Shown piece after piece: positions 1-9,752 of a stretch of DNA of 64,000 nucleotides. Origin of the DNA: an uncultured beta proteobacterium (GTDB lineage Bacteria; Pseudomonadota; Gammaproteobacteria; Burkholderiales; Burkholderiaceae_C). Numbering within the stretch: position 1 is the first letter of the stretch; each line of letters opens with the position of its first letter. Location of the stretch: NCBI GenBank assembly GCA_963824005.1, contig CAWGOK010000060.1, forward strand, positions 412-64,411, given 5' to 3'. Both the position numbers and the translations under genes were made by a program. Under the pieces are notes generated by a model. That model saw only the letters and a program-made list of their open reading frames with translations. It searched no databases and had not been told where the DNA came from.

Positions 1-407
1 GCCATGTCGGCCTTGCCGGCAAGCTGGGCCTTGGCGGCCGCCATCACCTTGCCCATGTCGCCGGGGCCGGTGGCGCCGAGCGAGGCCACGATCGTGGCCA
101 CCGCGGCCGCCGTTTCCTCGGCGTTCAGCCGCTGCGGCAGGTAGGCCTGCAGCACCTGGATTTCGGCGCTCTCCTTGGCCACCAGGTCGGCGCGTCCGCC
201 TTGTTCGAAGGCGGCGATCGAATCCCTGCGCTGCTTGATGAGCTTGTCCACCAGGCCGATGACCGCAGCGTCGTCGAGCACGATGCGTTCGTCCACCTCG
301 CGCTGCTTGCATGCGGCCAGCAGCATGCGGATGGTGCCCAGGCGCTCGGCGTCCTTGGCGCGCATGGCCGCCTTCATGTCCTCGGTGACGCGTTCTTTCA
401 GGCTCAT
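1..407 (-). CDS. GatB/YqeY domain protein (3' end runs off the window)
   Basis: Read by hand on the minus strand from ATG at 407: MSLKERVTEDMKAAMRAKDAERLGTIRMLLAACKQREVDER...; sits downstream of rpsU as usual. Confidence 0.9.
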   Translation of the reverse strand, partial: MSLKERVTEDMKAAMRAKDAERLGTIRMLLAACKQREVDERIVLDDAAVIGLVDKLIKQRRDSIAAFEQGGRADLVAKESAEIQVLQAYLPQRLNAEETAAAVATIVASLGATGPGDMGKVMAAAKAQLAGKADM

Positions 408-423
408 GGCGAAGTCCCTTGCC

Positions 424-460
424 AAACAAACAAGCCCGCAGCGGCGGATGCCTGCGGGCT
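424..460 (-). terminator. Probable intrinsic terminator after rpsU
   Basis: AGCCCGCAG/CTGCGGGCT stem followed on the minus strand by TGTTTGTTT. Confidence 0.55.
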
Positions 461-483
461 CGTGGGGTGCGCTGGGCGCAGTG

Positions 484-696
484 TCAGAACAGCTTCTTCG
501 GCAGCTGCATGCTGCGCACGCGCTTGTAGTGGCGCTTCACGGCCGCAGCCTTCTTGCGTTTGCGTTCGGAGGTGGGCTTTTCGTAGAACTCGCGCGCGCG
601 CAGTTCGGTCAGCAGGCCGATCTTCTCGATGGTGCGCTTGAAGCGGCGCAAGGCAACGTCGAAGGGCTCGTTTTCTTTGACGCGAATCGTGGTCAT
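484..696 (-). CDS. rpsU: 30S ribosomal protein S21
   Basis: 70 aa, [16 protein letters not shown]...[21 protein letters not shown]. Confidence 0.98.
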   Translation of the reverse strand: MTTIRVKENEPFDVALRRFKRTIEKIGLLTELRAREFYEKPTSERKRKKAAAVKRHYKRVRSMQLPKKLF

Positions 697-816
697 GAAT
701 CCTCGGGGTCGATCTTTCCTGCAGTCGCCGACCAGGGCATGGTGCGGTGGCAGGGCTGGCCCGACATCGGGCGGGAAGGGCCCGGCGTGGCTACGCCGGG
801 CGACAAAACGCGCATT

Positions 817-2052
817 CTAGCCTGAAATGGCGGCGTCGGGATGGGCTTGCGGGCACGCCACCAGGGCGCGCGCGCAGGCCGCGGCGCTGGCCCAGGCCCA
901 TTGGAAGTTGTAGCCGCCCAACCAGCCCGTGACATCGACGACCTCGCCGATGAAGTGCAGGCCCGGCACGCGCCGGCTTTGCATGTCCTGGCTGCCGAGT
1001 TCGCGCGTGTCCACCCCACCCAGCGTGACCTCGGCCTTGCGCCAGCCCTCGCTGCCGCTGGGCACGAGCTGCCAGTGGCGCAGGCTGTCCGCCAGGCGAG
1101 CGAGGTCGCGGTCGCGCACCTGCGGCATGGGCAGCGCGCCGTCCAGCCCGAGTTGCCGCAGCCAGGCATCGCCCAGGCGCTGCGGCAGAAGCAACGCCAG
1201 TTCGTTGTCGAGTTGCCGGCGTGACGCGGCCTTCGCCTGGGCAAGCCGTTCACCGAGGTCGAGCGCCGGTGCCAGGTCGATGCGCAACGACGTACCTTCG
1301 CGCCAGAAGCTCGAGGCCTGAAGCACGGCGGGCCCGCTCAGGCCCCGATGCGTGAACAGCAGATCCTCGATGAACCGCGCCTTCGCCTTGCCCGTGCCGG
1401 CTTCGATGGCGACTTCGAGTGACACGCCGGCCAGTGCGGAGAACGGCGCCCAGGAGGCGGCGTCGAAGCACAGCGGCACGAGCCCCGGCCGAGGCTCGAC
1501 GACGCGGTGTCCGAACTGGCGGGCCAGGCGGTAGCCCAGGTCGCTGGCGCCGATCTTCGGGACTGACAGGCCGCCGGTGGCGACCACCAGCTGGGCTGCA
1601 CGCACGGCACCGCGCTCGGTGTCGAGTTCGAAGCCCGCCGCCACGTGGCGCACCTGGTGCACGGGACACGGCTGCCAGTGCAGCACCGCACCGGCGGCGC
1701 ATTCGGCCTGCAGCATCGTTATGATCTGTTCAGCCGAGCCGTCGCAGAACAGCTGGCCGCGATGTTTTTCGTGGAATGCGATGCCGTGGCGTTGCACCAG
1801 CGCCATGAAGTCGGCCGGCTGGAAGCGCGCCAGTGCCGAGCGGCAGAAGGCGGGGTTCTCGGACAGGAAGTTCGCCGGCCCGCAGTCGCGGTTGCTGAAG
1901 TTGCAGCGTCCGCCGCCGGAGATACGGATCTTCTCGGCCACATCGGGCGCATGGTCGAGCAGCAGCACGCGCAAACCACGCTGTCCCGCGATGCCGGCGC
2001 AGAACAGTCCGGCTGCGCCGGCGCCGAGCACGATGACATCAAAGGACTGCAT
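817..2052 (-). CDS. HI0933/BaiN-family NAD(P)/FAD-dependent oxidoreductase
   Basis: GAGAAG dinucleotide motif, KIRISGGGRCNFSN, LFTHRGLSGP, GGYNFQWAWAS; start placed at MQSFDV (2052). Confidence 0.9.
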   Translation of the reverse strand: MQSFDVIVLGAGAAGLFCAGIAGQRGLRVLLLDHAPDVAEKIRISGGGRCNFSNRDCGPANFLSENPAFCRSALARFQPADFMALVQRHGIAFHEKHRGQLFCDGSAEQIITMLQAECAAGAVLHWQPCPVHQVRHVAAGFELDTERGAVRAAQLVVATGGLSVPKIGASDLGYRLARQFGHRVVEPRPGLVPLCFDAASWAPFSALAGVSLEVAIEAGTGKAKARFIEDLLFTHRGLSGPAVLQASSFWREGTSLRIDLAPALDLGERLAQAKAASRRQLDNELALLLPQRLGDAWLRQLGLDGALPMPQVRDRDLARLADSLRHWQLVPSGSEGWRKAEVTLGGVDTRELGSQDMQSRRVPGLHFIGEVVDVTGWLGGYNFQWAWASAAACARALVACPQAHPDAAISG

Positions 2053-2264
2053 GTGCGGGCATTGTGGACGCTGGCGGTCGGACCCGCGATGGCCTGCGGT
2101 CCACACCGGGTTAGCATAGCCGCGAGTATCAAATTAGGGGGAAACGCCGGGCGGCGCCCGCAGATGCTTGATCTGCCCGGCCGCAGCAACCAAGATCAGC
2201 ATCCGGCGATCCGGCAGCCAGAGGCCGGGCCGCTGGATGCCGCCGCCGAGTGTCGCAACGATTC

Positions 2265-3287
2265 ATGGATACACCGTCCAAGCTGAACGAGCCCGACCGT
2301 GCCGAGGTGATCGAGCCGCGCTTCGCGTCGGTGATGGCGAGTGCCTTCGACGCCCTGTTGGCGCGCCAAGGGTCGATGCTGGCGATCAAGGATTGCGCGA
2401 CGGGTCGTTACGCGTACGTCAACGCGGCGATGGCCAGGTTCCTGGGGCGCACGGCCTCCGAGATCCGCGGGCACAGCGACGCCGAACTGGTCGATCCGGT
2501 GCTGGCGACGGCGTGGCGTGCGGCGGAGCAGACCGCACTGGCGCAAGCGCAACCCTCGAGCAGCGAGCATCGTTTCGAATGGGCCGGTGCGCGCCACGAC
2601 TACCTGGTGCTGCGGCTGGCCTGGAAGGGTGATGTCGACGGGCAGCGCTGGATGTGCAGCGTCTGGACCGACCAGTCGCCGCGGCGACAGAAAGATGCAC
2701 AGTTGCGCGCTGCGCTGGAACAACTCGAGCAGCAGCAGCGTGCCAATGAAAGACTGCGGCTGGAGTTGTCCGACCAGGGGCTGCGTGACAGTGCCACCGG
2801 CCTGCACACACGGCCGCATTTCGACGACCAGTTGCGGCGCGAGGTGGACCTGTCCACGCGCGAGCACCGTGAATTTGCGATGGTGCTGATCGAGATCGAC
2901 CCCTTCGCGGACAAGGTGAGCGCGCTGGGTGCGCCGGCCGAGGCGCGTGTGTTCGAGGCCATGGGTCGCCTGCTGCGCGGCAATACACGCGCCATGGACG
3001 CTTCGTGCCGTCTCGACGAGCGTTTGTTCGGCGTCTTGCTGTCCGGCGTCGGCCTGGCCACGGCACACTCGCGCATGGAGGGCCTTCGCCGCCAGTGTGC
3101 GACGCAGATCGTGGTGCTGGATGGCCAGGAACTGGGCTTCAGCGTGTCGATGGGAGTGGCCAGCTTTCCGCACACCGCCGCCTCGCAGCAGGACTTGCTC
3201 GACGCCTGCGAAGGCGCCCTGGCCGAAGCCCGGCGTCGTGGCGGCAACCACCTGACGCTGGCAAGCATTCGCTTTGAACCTGTCTGA
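2265..3287 (+). CDS. PAS + degenerate GGDEF domain protein
   Basis: PAS-like N-terminus (YAYVNAAMARFLG), coiled linker, RDSATGLHTR, VSMGVASFP; the GGDEF position reads DERLF with RAMD upstream. Confidence 0.85.
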   Translation: MDTPSKLNEPDRAEVIEPRFASVMASAFDALLARQGSMLAIKDCATGRYAYVNAAMARFLGRTASEIRGHSDAELVDPVLATAWRAAEQTALAQAQPSSSEHRFEWAGARHDYLVLRLAWKGDVDGQRWMCSVWTDQSPRRQKDAQLRAALEQLEQQQRANERLRLELSDQGLRDSATGLHTRPHFDDQLRREVDLSTREHREFAMVLIEIDPFADKVSALGAPAEARVFEAMGRLLRGNTRAMDASCRLDERLFGVLLSGVGLATAHSRMEGLRRQCATQIVVLDGQELGFSVSMGVASFPHTAASQQDLLDACEGALAEARRRGGNHLTLASIRFEPV

Positions 3288-3362
3288 GCTCGCACCTGCA
3301 CTTCCCGCAAGGCGTCGCTCGGCGGCCGAAGGCCGTGATCGGGTTGTGGTCGCGCCGGTCGC

Positions 3363-4178
3363 CTAGGCGGTGACGGCCCGGTACAGCATGTAGCCCGCGA
3401 GGGCGAACAGCACCAGCGCAAAGCGCCGCTTCAGCTGTTTCACGTCCATCGCATGCGCCGTGCGTGCCCCCAGTGGCGCCATGCTCACACTGGCCATCGA
3501 AACGATCAGCAACGCCGGCAGGTACAGGTAACCGAAGGCACCAGGCAGGGCATTGGACAGACCCCAGCCGCTGATCAGGTAGCCCGCGGTACTGGCCAGC
3601 GCCACGGGAAAACCGAGCGCAGCGCTGGTGGCCACCACCTGGTGCATCGGCACGTTGCACCAGGTCATGAACGGCGAGGCGATGAAGGCGCCGCCGGCTC
3701 CGACCAGCCCGGAGAGCAGCCCGATGCCACCGCCCAGTGCGGTCTGGCCGAGCCTGCCGGGCATCTGGCGCGTGGCCTTGGGTTTGCGGTCGCGCATCAT
3801 CTGCACGGCGGAAAAGCTGATGAAAAGCGCGAACACGATGGCCAGTTCCGGGCCCTTGATGAGTGCGAACACGCCGGCACCGGCAAGCAGGCCGCCGGCC
3901 ACGATGCCCGGGGCGATGCCGCGCGCCAGATCCCAGCGCACGGCACCGCGCAGATGATGTGCGCGCAGGCTCGACAAGGACGTGAAGACGATGGTGGCCA
4001 TCGACGTGGCGATGGCCATCTTGATGGCCAAGCCGGAGGGCACGCCCTTGTTCGACAGGATGATGGTCAGGAAGGGTACCTGCATCATCCCGCCGCCCAC
4101 ACCCAGCATGCCGGCGAGGAAGCCGGTGCATATGCCAAGCGCGGCCAGCTCGGCCGCCAGCCCCGGGTCAAGGGGCAT
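3363..4178 (-). CDS. TauE/SafE-family membrane protein (sulfite exporter-like)
   Basis: Multi-TM protein with GFLAGMLGVGGG, AIATS and LSGLVGAGGA motifs; ATG overlaps the EVE stop (TGATG). Confidence 0.88.
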   Translation of the reverse strand: MPLDPGLAAELAALGICTGFLAGMLGVGGGMMQVPFLTIILSNKGVPSGLAIKMAIATSMATIVFTSLSSLRAHHLRGAVRWDLARGIAPGIVAGGLLAGAGVFALIKGPELAIVFALFISFSAVQMMRDRKPKATRQMPGRLGQTALGGGIGLLSGLVGAGGAFIASPFMTWCNVPMHQVVATSAALGFPVALASTAGYLISGWGLSNALPGAFGYLYLPALLIVSMASVSMAPLGARTAHAMDVKQLKRRFALVLFALAGYMLYRAVTA

Positions 4179-4642
4179 CAACGCGCCAGCAGCCGGCCCA
4201 CGGCACGCCATTCCTGCGGCGTGACCGGTGTGATCGACAGGCGATTGCCGGTGGCCAGCACGCGCATCGTGGCCAGTTCGGGGGAGGCACGCATTTCGCG
4301 CAGCGGCAGCAGCCGGGTCTTGCGCGTCAGCGTCACGTCGAGCTGTACCCAGCGCGGTTTGTCGTGACCGGACTTGGGGTCGAAGTAGGGGCTGGCGGGA
4401 TCGAATTGCGTCGCGTCGGGGCAGGGGCCGCCGGCAATGCGCGCCAGCCCGGCCACACCCGGTTCGGCACAGGACGAGTGATAGAAAAGCACGCCATCGC
4501 CGATGCGCATGTCGTCGCGCATGAAGTTGCGGGCCTGGTAGTTGCGCACGCCGGTCCAGGGCAGCGTCTGGCCGGGAGCCGCGACGAGGTCGTCGATCGA
4601 GACCTCGGAGGGCTCACTTTTCATCAACCAGTAGCGCGGCAT
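4178..4642 (-). CDS. EVE domain protein
   Basis: YWLMKSEP, WTGVRNYQARNFMRD, FYHSSC, RLSITPV. Confidence 0.93.
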   Translation of the reverse strand: MPRYWLMKSEPSEVSIDDLVAAPGQTLPWTGVRNYQARNFMRDDMRIGDGVLFYHSSCAEPGVAGLARIAGGPCPDATQFDPASPYFDPKSGHDKPRWVQLDVTLTRKTRLLPLREMRASPELATMRVLATGNRLSITPVTPQEWRAVGRLLAR

Positions 4643-4665
4643 CGACGGCGGTGTTCGAAGAAGGT

Positions 4666-4842
4666 GTCCGCCGCGAACCGTGAGCCGCATTCCTGAACCC
4701 AGGCGAAGTTCAGGTGGGCGAGGTCAGCTTGGCTTCGGGTTCATCTGACGCGAGACGATCACACCCGCCAAACGATGTTCCAAGCCCTTGCTCAAAGAGC
4801 ATCGGTTCAAGGAAATATAAGACTCCCGCGAACGCGACGGAC
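4666..4842 (-). ncRNA. ssrS: 6S RNA
   Basis: ~180 nt between zapA and EVE with complementary ends (GTCCGTCGCG / CGCGGCGGAC), internal CCTTGAACC...GGTTCAGG pairing, and a TAGAAT -10 box just upstream on the minus strand; canonical position downstream of zapA. Confidence 0.85.
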
Positions 4843-4886
4843 GAACACATTCTAGGGCCGGCACGCGCTGCGAAGTGCAGCCAATT

Positions 4887-5210
4887 TCACAGCAGGTGGC
4901 CGTCGTCGCCGAGTGCAGCGTCGATGCGCTGGATCAGGGCGTCGAGATCCGGTGGTTCGTCGGCAGCTGACGATGCCTGCACACGCCGCGCGGCAGCTTG
5001 GGCAGGCGGTGGTCGGTCGGCCAGTTGGTAGGCCAGGTTCAGCGCGGCCAGCACGGCAATGCGCTCGCGCGCCCTGACCTTGCCAGCGTCGCGGATGCCA
5101 CTCATTTCGCGGTCGACGCTGGCGACCGCGGCGTTGAGCAGGGCCTCGCCGCCGTCGGGACAGCCGAGTATGTAGCTCTGCCCAAGAATGGTCACTTCGA
5201 GTTGTTTCAT
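4887..5210 (-). CDS. zapA: Cell division protein ZapA
   Basis: VTILGQSYILGCP...ERIAVLAALNLA. Confidence 0.93.
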   Translation of the reverse strand: MKQLEVTILGQSYILGCPDGGEALLNAAVASVDREMSGIRDAGKVRARERIAVLAALNLAYQLADRPPPAQAAARRVQASSAADEPPDLDALIQRIDAALGDDGHLL

Positions 5211-5422
5211 TCGCCGGCCCCCGCCGCGCCGTTGCCGGCCGGCAGTCGCTCTAGCAACAGGTCGATGCGCGACCGCGCCGCGCTCAGGCGCGAGCGCAGG
5301 CTGTCGCGCTCGCTGGTCATCGCCGCAAGTTGCTGCTCAAGCAAGGCATTGGTGCGCTTCAGTTCCTCATGCCGCAGCACGAGTCGTTCGACACGATCGG
5401 CAAGGTCTTCGAGCTTGGACAT
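5207..5422 (-). CDS. ZapB-like small coiled-coil protein (DUF904)
   Basis: MSKLEDLADRVERLVLRHEELKRTNALL...ERDSL heptad pattern; 4-bp overlap with zapA. Confidence 0.8.
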   Translation of the reverse strand: MSKLEDLADRVERLVLRHEELKRTNALLEQQLAAMTSERDSLRSRLSAARSRIDLLLERLPAGNGAAGAGE

Positions 5423-5500
5423 GGCGTCGCAGGGCGGCAGGCAAAAGCATTGTATGGGGCCCACCTCGGCACACCGCCGCCACACGGCAGCGCAACGCCG

Positions 5501-6142
5501 TCAATTCGGCACGGCCTGGGCGCGTGCGTGGTCGCAGCAACGGCTGACGCTGCACTGTTCGCACAACGGCTTGCGCGCCACGCAGACATAGCGCCCATGC
5601 AGGATGAGCCAATGGTGAGCATCGCTGCGGTAGGGCGCCGGTACGCGTTGCTGCAAGCCCGACTCGACCTCGAGCGGCGTGCGCCCAGGCGCCAGCCCGG
5701 TGCGATTGGCCACGCGAAAGACATGCGTGTCGACGGCAAAGGTGGCTTCGCCGAAGGCCACGTTCAGCACCACATTGGCCGTCTTGCGCCCGACGCCGGG
5801 AAGCGCCTGGAGGGCTTCGAGCGTGCGCGGCACTTCGCCGCCATGCTGCTCGAGCAGCATGCCGCAGGTGGCGATCAGGTTGCGAGCCTTGGTGCGGTAC
5901 AGGCCGATCGTGCGGATGTACGGCTCGAGGCCGTCGACGCCGAGAGCCAGCATGCGCCGCGGCGTGCCGGCGTCGGCGAAAAGCTGGCGCGTGGCCTTGT
6001 TCACGCTGGTGTCGGTGGCCTGAGCCGACAGCAGCACGGCGGCCAGCAATTCGAACACGCTGCTGAACTCGAGCTCGGTCACGGGGTGGGGATTGGACGC
6101 CTTCAACGTGGCGAAGAAGTCCTCGACTTGCGCGTCGGTCAT
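5501..6142 (-). CDS. nth: Endonuclease III
   Basis: LLSAQATD, LPGVGRKTANVV (HhH), AVDTHVFRV, C-terminal 4Fe-4S Cys motif. Confidence 0.97.
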   Translation of the reverse strand: MTDAQVEDFFATLKASNPHPVTELEFSSVFELLAAVLLSAQATDTSVNKATRQLFADAGTPRRMLALGVDGLEPYIRTIGLYRTKARNLIATCGMLLEQHGGEVPRTLEALQALPGVGRKTANVVLNVAFGEATFAVDTHVFRVANRTGLAPGRTPLEVESGLQQRVPAPYRSDAHHWLILHGRYVCVARKPLCEQCSVSRCCDHARAQAVPN

Positions 6143-6150
6143 GGGTGAGC

Positions 6151-6834
6151 TCAGGATCCTCGCGCAGCCTTGGCGCGCGCGATCGCCGCCTCGATCACCG
6201 CGCGCTTGCGCTCCAGAAGTTCGGGGTCGGTGATCTGCGATTGGCCTTCCAGATCGGCCAGCTTGGCCTGGGCCTTTGCGGCCAGGCGCTCGTCGTTCTC
6301 GCGTTGCTCGCGTTCGAAGCGATGGCGATGGAACGCGTAGCGCTCGCGGGCTTCGTCGGCCTGCGGCGCGCTCCAGGCGTCCCAGCCGCTGCGCTTGCCG
6401 GTCACCTCAACCATCGCGATGCAGTCCACCGGGCACACGGGAACGCACAGGTCGCAGCCGGTGCACAACTCGTCGATGACGGTGTGCATCTGCTTGGATG
6501 CGCCGACGATGCAATCCACGGGGCAGGCCTTGATGCACAGCGTGCAGCCGATGCACCAGGCTTCATCGATCACCGCCAGGCGTCGCGGGCCCTCCACGCC
6601 GCGTGCGGCGTCGAGCGGCTTGACGGCGCGCCCGGTCAGGCGGGCGAGGCGGACGATGCCCTCGGCACCGCCTGGCGGGCAGCGATTGATGTCGGCGCCG
6701 TCCTGCGCCATGGCCAGGGCATAAGAACGGCAATCCGGGTAGCCGCAGCGCGTGCACTGCGTCTGTGGCAACGCCGCGTCCAGTGCCTCCACGAGGGCGT
6801 CGGTGCTGCCCGGCAGGTCGGCGGCGGGATTCAC
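6151..6834 (-). CDS. rsxB: RnfB/RsxB-like ferredoxin (electron transport complex subunit B)
   Basis: [50 protein letters not shown] start at 6834 inferred. Confidence 0.88.
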   Translation of the reverse strand: MNPAADLPGSTDALVEALDAALPQTQCTRCGYPDCRSYALAMAQDGADINRCPPGGAEGIVRLARLTGRAVKPLDAARGVEGPRRLAVIDEAWCIGCTLCIKACPVDCIVGASKQMHTVIDELCTGCDLCVPVCPVDCIAMVEVTGKRSGWDAWSAPQADEARERYAFHRHRFEREQRENDERLAAKAQAKLADLEGQSQITDPELLERKRAVIEAAIARAKAARGS

Positions 6835-6847
6835 CGCGCGCCCGGGT

Positions 6848-8197
6848 TCAGGCGCGCCGCGCCGCCTTGCGTGCGGGTGCCTTGTTCGTGGCGCGCGTGG
6901 CCGGGCGGGCGGCGGCCTTGGCACGCAACGGTACAACGATCGGCTTGGCAGCTGGCGTCATGTCGTAGGTGGCGATGAATTCACGCACCCGCGGGTACAC
7001 CATCTCGCGCCAGCGCCGTCCGGAGAAGATGCCGTAGTGGCCGGCGCCTTCGGCGTCGTAGTGGAATTGGTGTGCCTTCGGGATGCCGGTGCACAGATCG
7101 TGCGCCGCGCGAGTCTGCCCGGCGCCCGAGATGTCGTCGAGTTCGCCTTCGATGGTCAGCAGCGCAGTGCGGGTGATGTCTTGTGGGCGCACCGGCTGGC
7201 CATGGACCACCCAGCTGCCGTTGACCAGCGCGAACTCCTGGAACACCTTCTTGATGGTATCCAGGTAGTACTCGGCCGGCATGTCCAGCACGGCGTTGTA
7301 CTCGTCGTAGAACTCGCGGTGCGACTCGGCGCTCTCCTCGTCGCCGCGCACGAGGTCGAGGAAGTAGTCGTAGTGCGAGGTCACGTGCCGGTCGGGGTTC
7401 ATGGCCACGAAGCCGGAGTACTGCATGAAACCCGGGTAGACGCGCCGCCCTGCGCCGGGGAAGTTTTGCGGCACGCGGTAGATGACGCTGTTCTCGAACC
7501 AGTTGTGGCTCTTGTCCGTGGCCAGGTTGTTGACCGCAGTCGGGCTCTTGCGCGCGTCGATCGGGCCGCCCATCATGGTCATGGTCAGTGGCGTGGTTTC
7601 GCCGTTGCTGGCCATCAGCGACACCGCTGCGAGCACGGGCACGGTCGGCTGGCACACTGAAATCACATGCACGTGCGTGCCGACATGGCGGATGAAGTCC
7701 TGCACATAGGCCACATAGTCGTCGAGGTGGAAGGGCCCGGCGTCGACCGGCACCATGCGCGCGTCGGTCCAGTCGGTGATGAATACCTTGTGGTCGTGCA
7801 GCAGGCTGCGCACGGTGTCGCGCAGCAGTGTGGAATGGTGGCCCGACAGCGGCGCAACCACCAGCACCGTGGGCTGCGATTTCATCCGATCCAGGGCCAC
7901 CGGGTTGTCGGTGAAACGCTTGAAGCGCAACAGCCGGCAGAAGGGCTTGTTCAGAGCCACCTGCTGCTGCACGGCCACCTCGATGCCGCCCACCGTGGCA
8001 CTGGTGATGCCGAATTGCGGCTTTTCGTAGTCCTTGGCCAGGCGGTGCATCAGGTCCAGCCCGGCGGAGATGCGCTGCGCCAGCGGCGTGTGCGTGAACG
8101 GTGACAGCGGGTGGTTGTAAAGCTTGGCCGAGGCGCTGGCGAACTCGGAGAACGGCGCCATCAACGCCCGTTGGGTTTCATACCATTGGTACAGCAT
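6848..8197 (-). CDS. phaZ: Intracellular polyhydroxyalkanoate depolymerase (PhaZa1 type)
   Basis: [21 protein letters not shown] (Cys nucleophile), [19 protein letters not shown]. Confidence 0.93.
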   Translation of the reverse strand: MLYQWYETQRALMAPFSEFASASAKLYNHPLSPFTHTPLAQRISAGLDLMHRLAKDYEKPQFGITSATVGGIEVAVQQQVALNKPFCRLLRFKRFTDNPVALDRMKSQPTVLVVAPLSGHHSTLLRDTVRSLLHDHKVFITDWTDARMVPVDAGPFHLDDYVAYVQDFIRHVGTHVHVISVCQPTVPVLAAVSLMASNGETTPLTMTMMGGPIDARKSPTAVNNLATDKSHNWFENSVIYRVPQNFPGAGRRVYPGFMQYSGFVAMNPDRHVTSHYDYFLDLVRGDEESAESHREFYDEYNAVLDMPAEYYLDTIKKVFQEFALVNGSWVVHGQPVRPQDITRTALLTIEGELDDISGAGQTRAAHDLCTGIPKAHQFHYDAEGAGHYGIFSGRRWREMVYPRVREFIATYDMTPAAKPIVVPLRAKAAARPATRATNKAPARKAARRA

Positions 8198-8281
8198 CGG
8201 GTTCGGCCTTGTGGTGTTGATTGGAGTGGAGGTCTGTCTCGCAGTGCTGCGGTTCAGCCGGTCGCGGCATACCCTTACCTA

Positions 8282-8296
8282 TGGTGCGCTGCACCA
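8282..8296. promoter_or_regulatory. Palindromic operator upstream of phaZ, PhaR-like (TGC-N3-GCA)
   Basis: TGGTGC-GCT-GCACCA about 85 bp upstream of the phaZ start. Confidence 0.45.
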
Positions 8297-8424
8297 ATTA
8301 TGTTCCGAAAGCTGCCGGCGCGCCATATCGGCAAATGCGAAGCCGAGCAAGCACCGACCAAGATTCTTCTCTGGATTGACGCGCGTCATGCCAGCCATCG
8401 GCTTGACCGGCGCGGACTGCGGTT

Positions 8425-9621
8425 TCACACCACCTTCGCAATGGCCGCGGCGACCGGGCCCAGGTTGCGCTCGTTCAGCGCTGCGACACAGATGCGCCCT
8501 GAATCGATGCCATAGACGCCGAATTCGCTGCGCAATCGCTGCATTTGCCCGGCGCTCAGCCCGGAATAGCTGAACATGCCCTTCTGCTGCAGGATGAATC
8601 CCATGTCCTGGGTCACGCCCGCGGCTGCCAGGCCCTGCACCAGCGCCTGGCGCATGTGGCGGATGCGTTGGCGCATGCCTGCAAGCTCTTCCTCCCACAT
8701 GCGGCGCAGTTCGGGCGTGGTCAGCACCAGGGCCACCACCTGAGCACCGTGGGTGGGCGGATTGGAGTAGTTGCCACGGATCAACACCTTCAGGCGCGAC
8801 AACACGCGCGCCGCCTCGTCCTTGCTCGCACACACCACGCTCAGCGCGCCGACCCGTTCGCCGTAGAGGGAGAAGCTCTTCGAGAAGGACGTCGCGACGA
8901 AAAAGTCGACGCCGGCCGCCAGAAGCTGCTGAACGGCCGCGCCGTCTTCGACGATGCCATCGCCGAAGCCCTGATAGGCCATGTCCAGGAAGGGCACAAG
9001 TCTTCGCGACTTGAGCACCGTCACGAGCTGTGCCCACTGCTCGGCATCCAGGTCGCAGCCGGTCGGGTTGTGGCAACAGGCATGCAGCACGACCACGGTT
9101 CCGGGCACGGCCACATTCAGCGCCGCCAGCATGGCCTCGAAGCGGATGCCGCGGGTGCCAGCGTCGTAGTACGGATAGGTGCCGACCTCGAAGCCCGCCT
9201 GGGTGAACAAGGCGCGGTGGTTTTCCCAGCTGGGATCGCTGATCAGCACCTGGGCGTTCGCACTCAGGCGCTGGAGGAAATCGGCACCTACCTTCAGGCC
9301 GCCGGTGCCACCCAATGTCTGCACCGTGGCGATGCGCCCGTCGCGCAGCGCCTCGGTCTGCGCGCCGAATACCAGCTCCTGCACGGCGCGGTCGTAGGCT
9401 GGAATGCCGTCGATCGGCAAGTAGCCCTTGGGTTTCGGCGACGCGGCCAGTTGCCTTTCGGCGGCCAGCACGCATTGCAGAATCGGCAGCTTGCCCTGTT
9501 CGTCGAAATACACGCCGACGCCCAGGTTGACCTTCGCCGGGTTCGGGTCGGCGTTGAAGGCCTCGGTCATGCCAAGGATCGGGTCGCGCGGGGCCAGCTC
9601 GACAGCGGAAAAGAGCGACAT
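8425..9621 (-). CDS. tyrB: Aromatic/aspartate aminotransferase (TyrB/AspC family)
   Basis: KVNLGVGVY, HACCHNPTG, DMAYQGF, SFSKSFSLYGERVG (PLP Lys). Confidence 0.9.
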   Translation of the reverse strand: MSLFSAVELAPRDPILGMTEAFNADPNPAKVNLGVGVYFDEQGKLPILQCVLAAERQLAASPKPKGYLPIDGIPAYDRAVQELVFGAQTEALRDGRIATVQTLGGTGGLKVGADFLQRLSANAQVLISDPSWENHRALFTQAGFEVGTYPYYDAGTRGIRFEAMLAALNVAVPGTVVVLHACCHNPTGCDLDAEQWAQLVTVLKSRRLVPFLDMAYQGFGDGIVEDGAAVQQLLAAGVDFFVATSFSKSFSLYGERVGALSVVCASKDEAARVLSRLKVLIRGNYSNPPTHGAQVVALVLTTPELRRMWEEELAGMRQRIRHMRQALVQGLAAAGVTQDMGFILQQKGMFSYSGLSAGQMQRLRSEFGVYGIDSGRICVAALNERNLGPVAAAIAKVV

Positions 9622-9752
9622 GGAGTTCAGCCTTCGAAAGGGGGTGAAATTGCGCGGAACGGCAAAGCGCATCCCGCATGCGGCGTGCTGCGTTACTCTG
9701 CATGGTTTTGCGTCGCCATGTGCAGCGCAGCAATTCTAGAGGGAGGAGACTG

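Noticed and set aside
5501..6834. Orphan rnfB/rsxB next to nth, with no other rnf genes
   Set aside because: This pairing is common in Betaproteobacteria, so it is not unusual.
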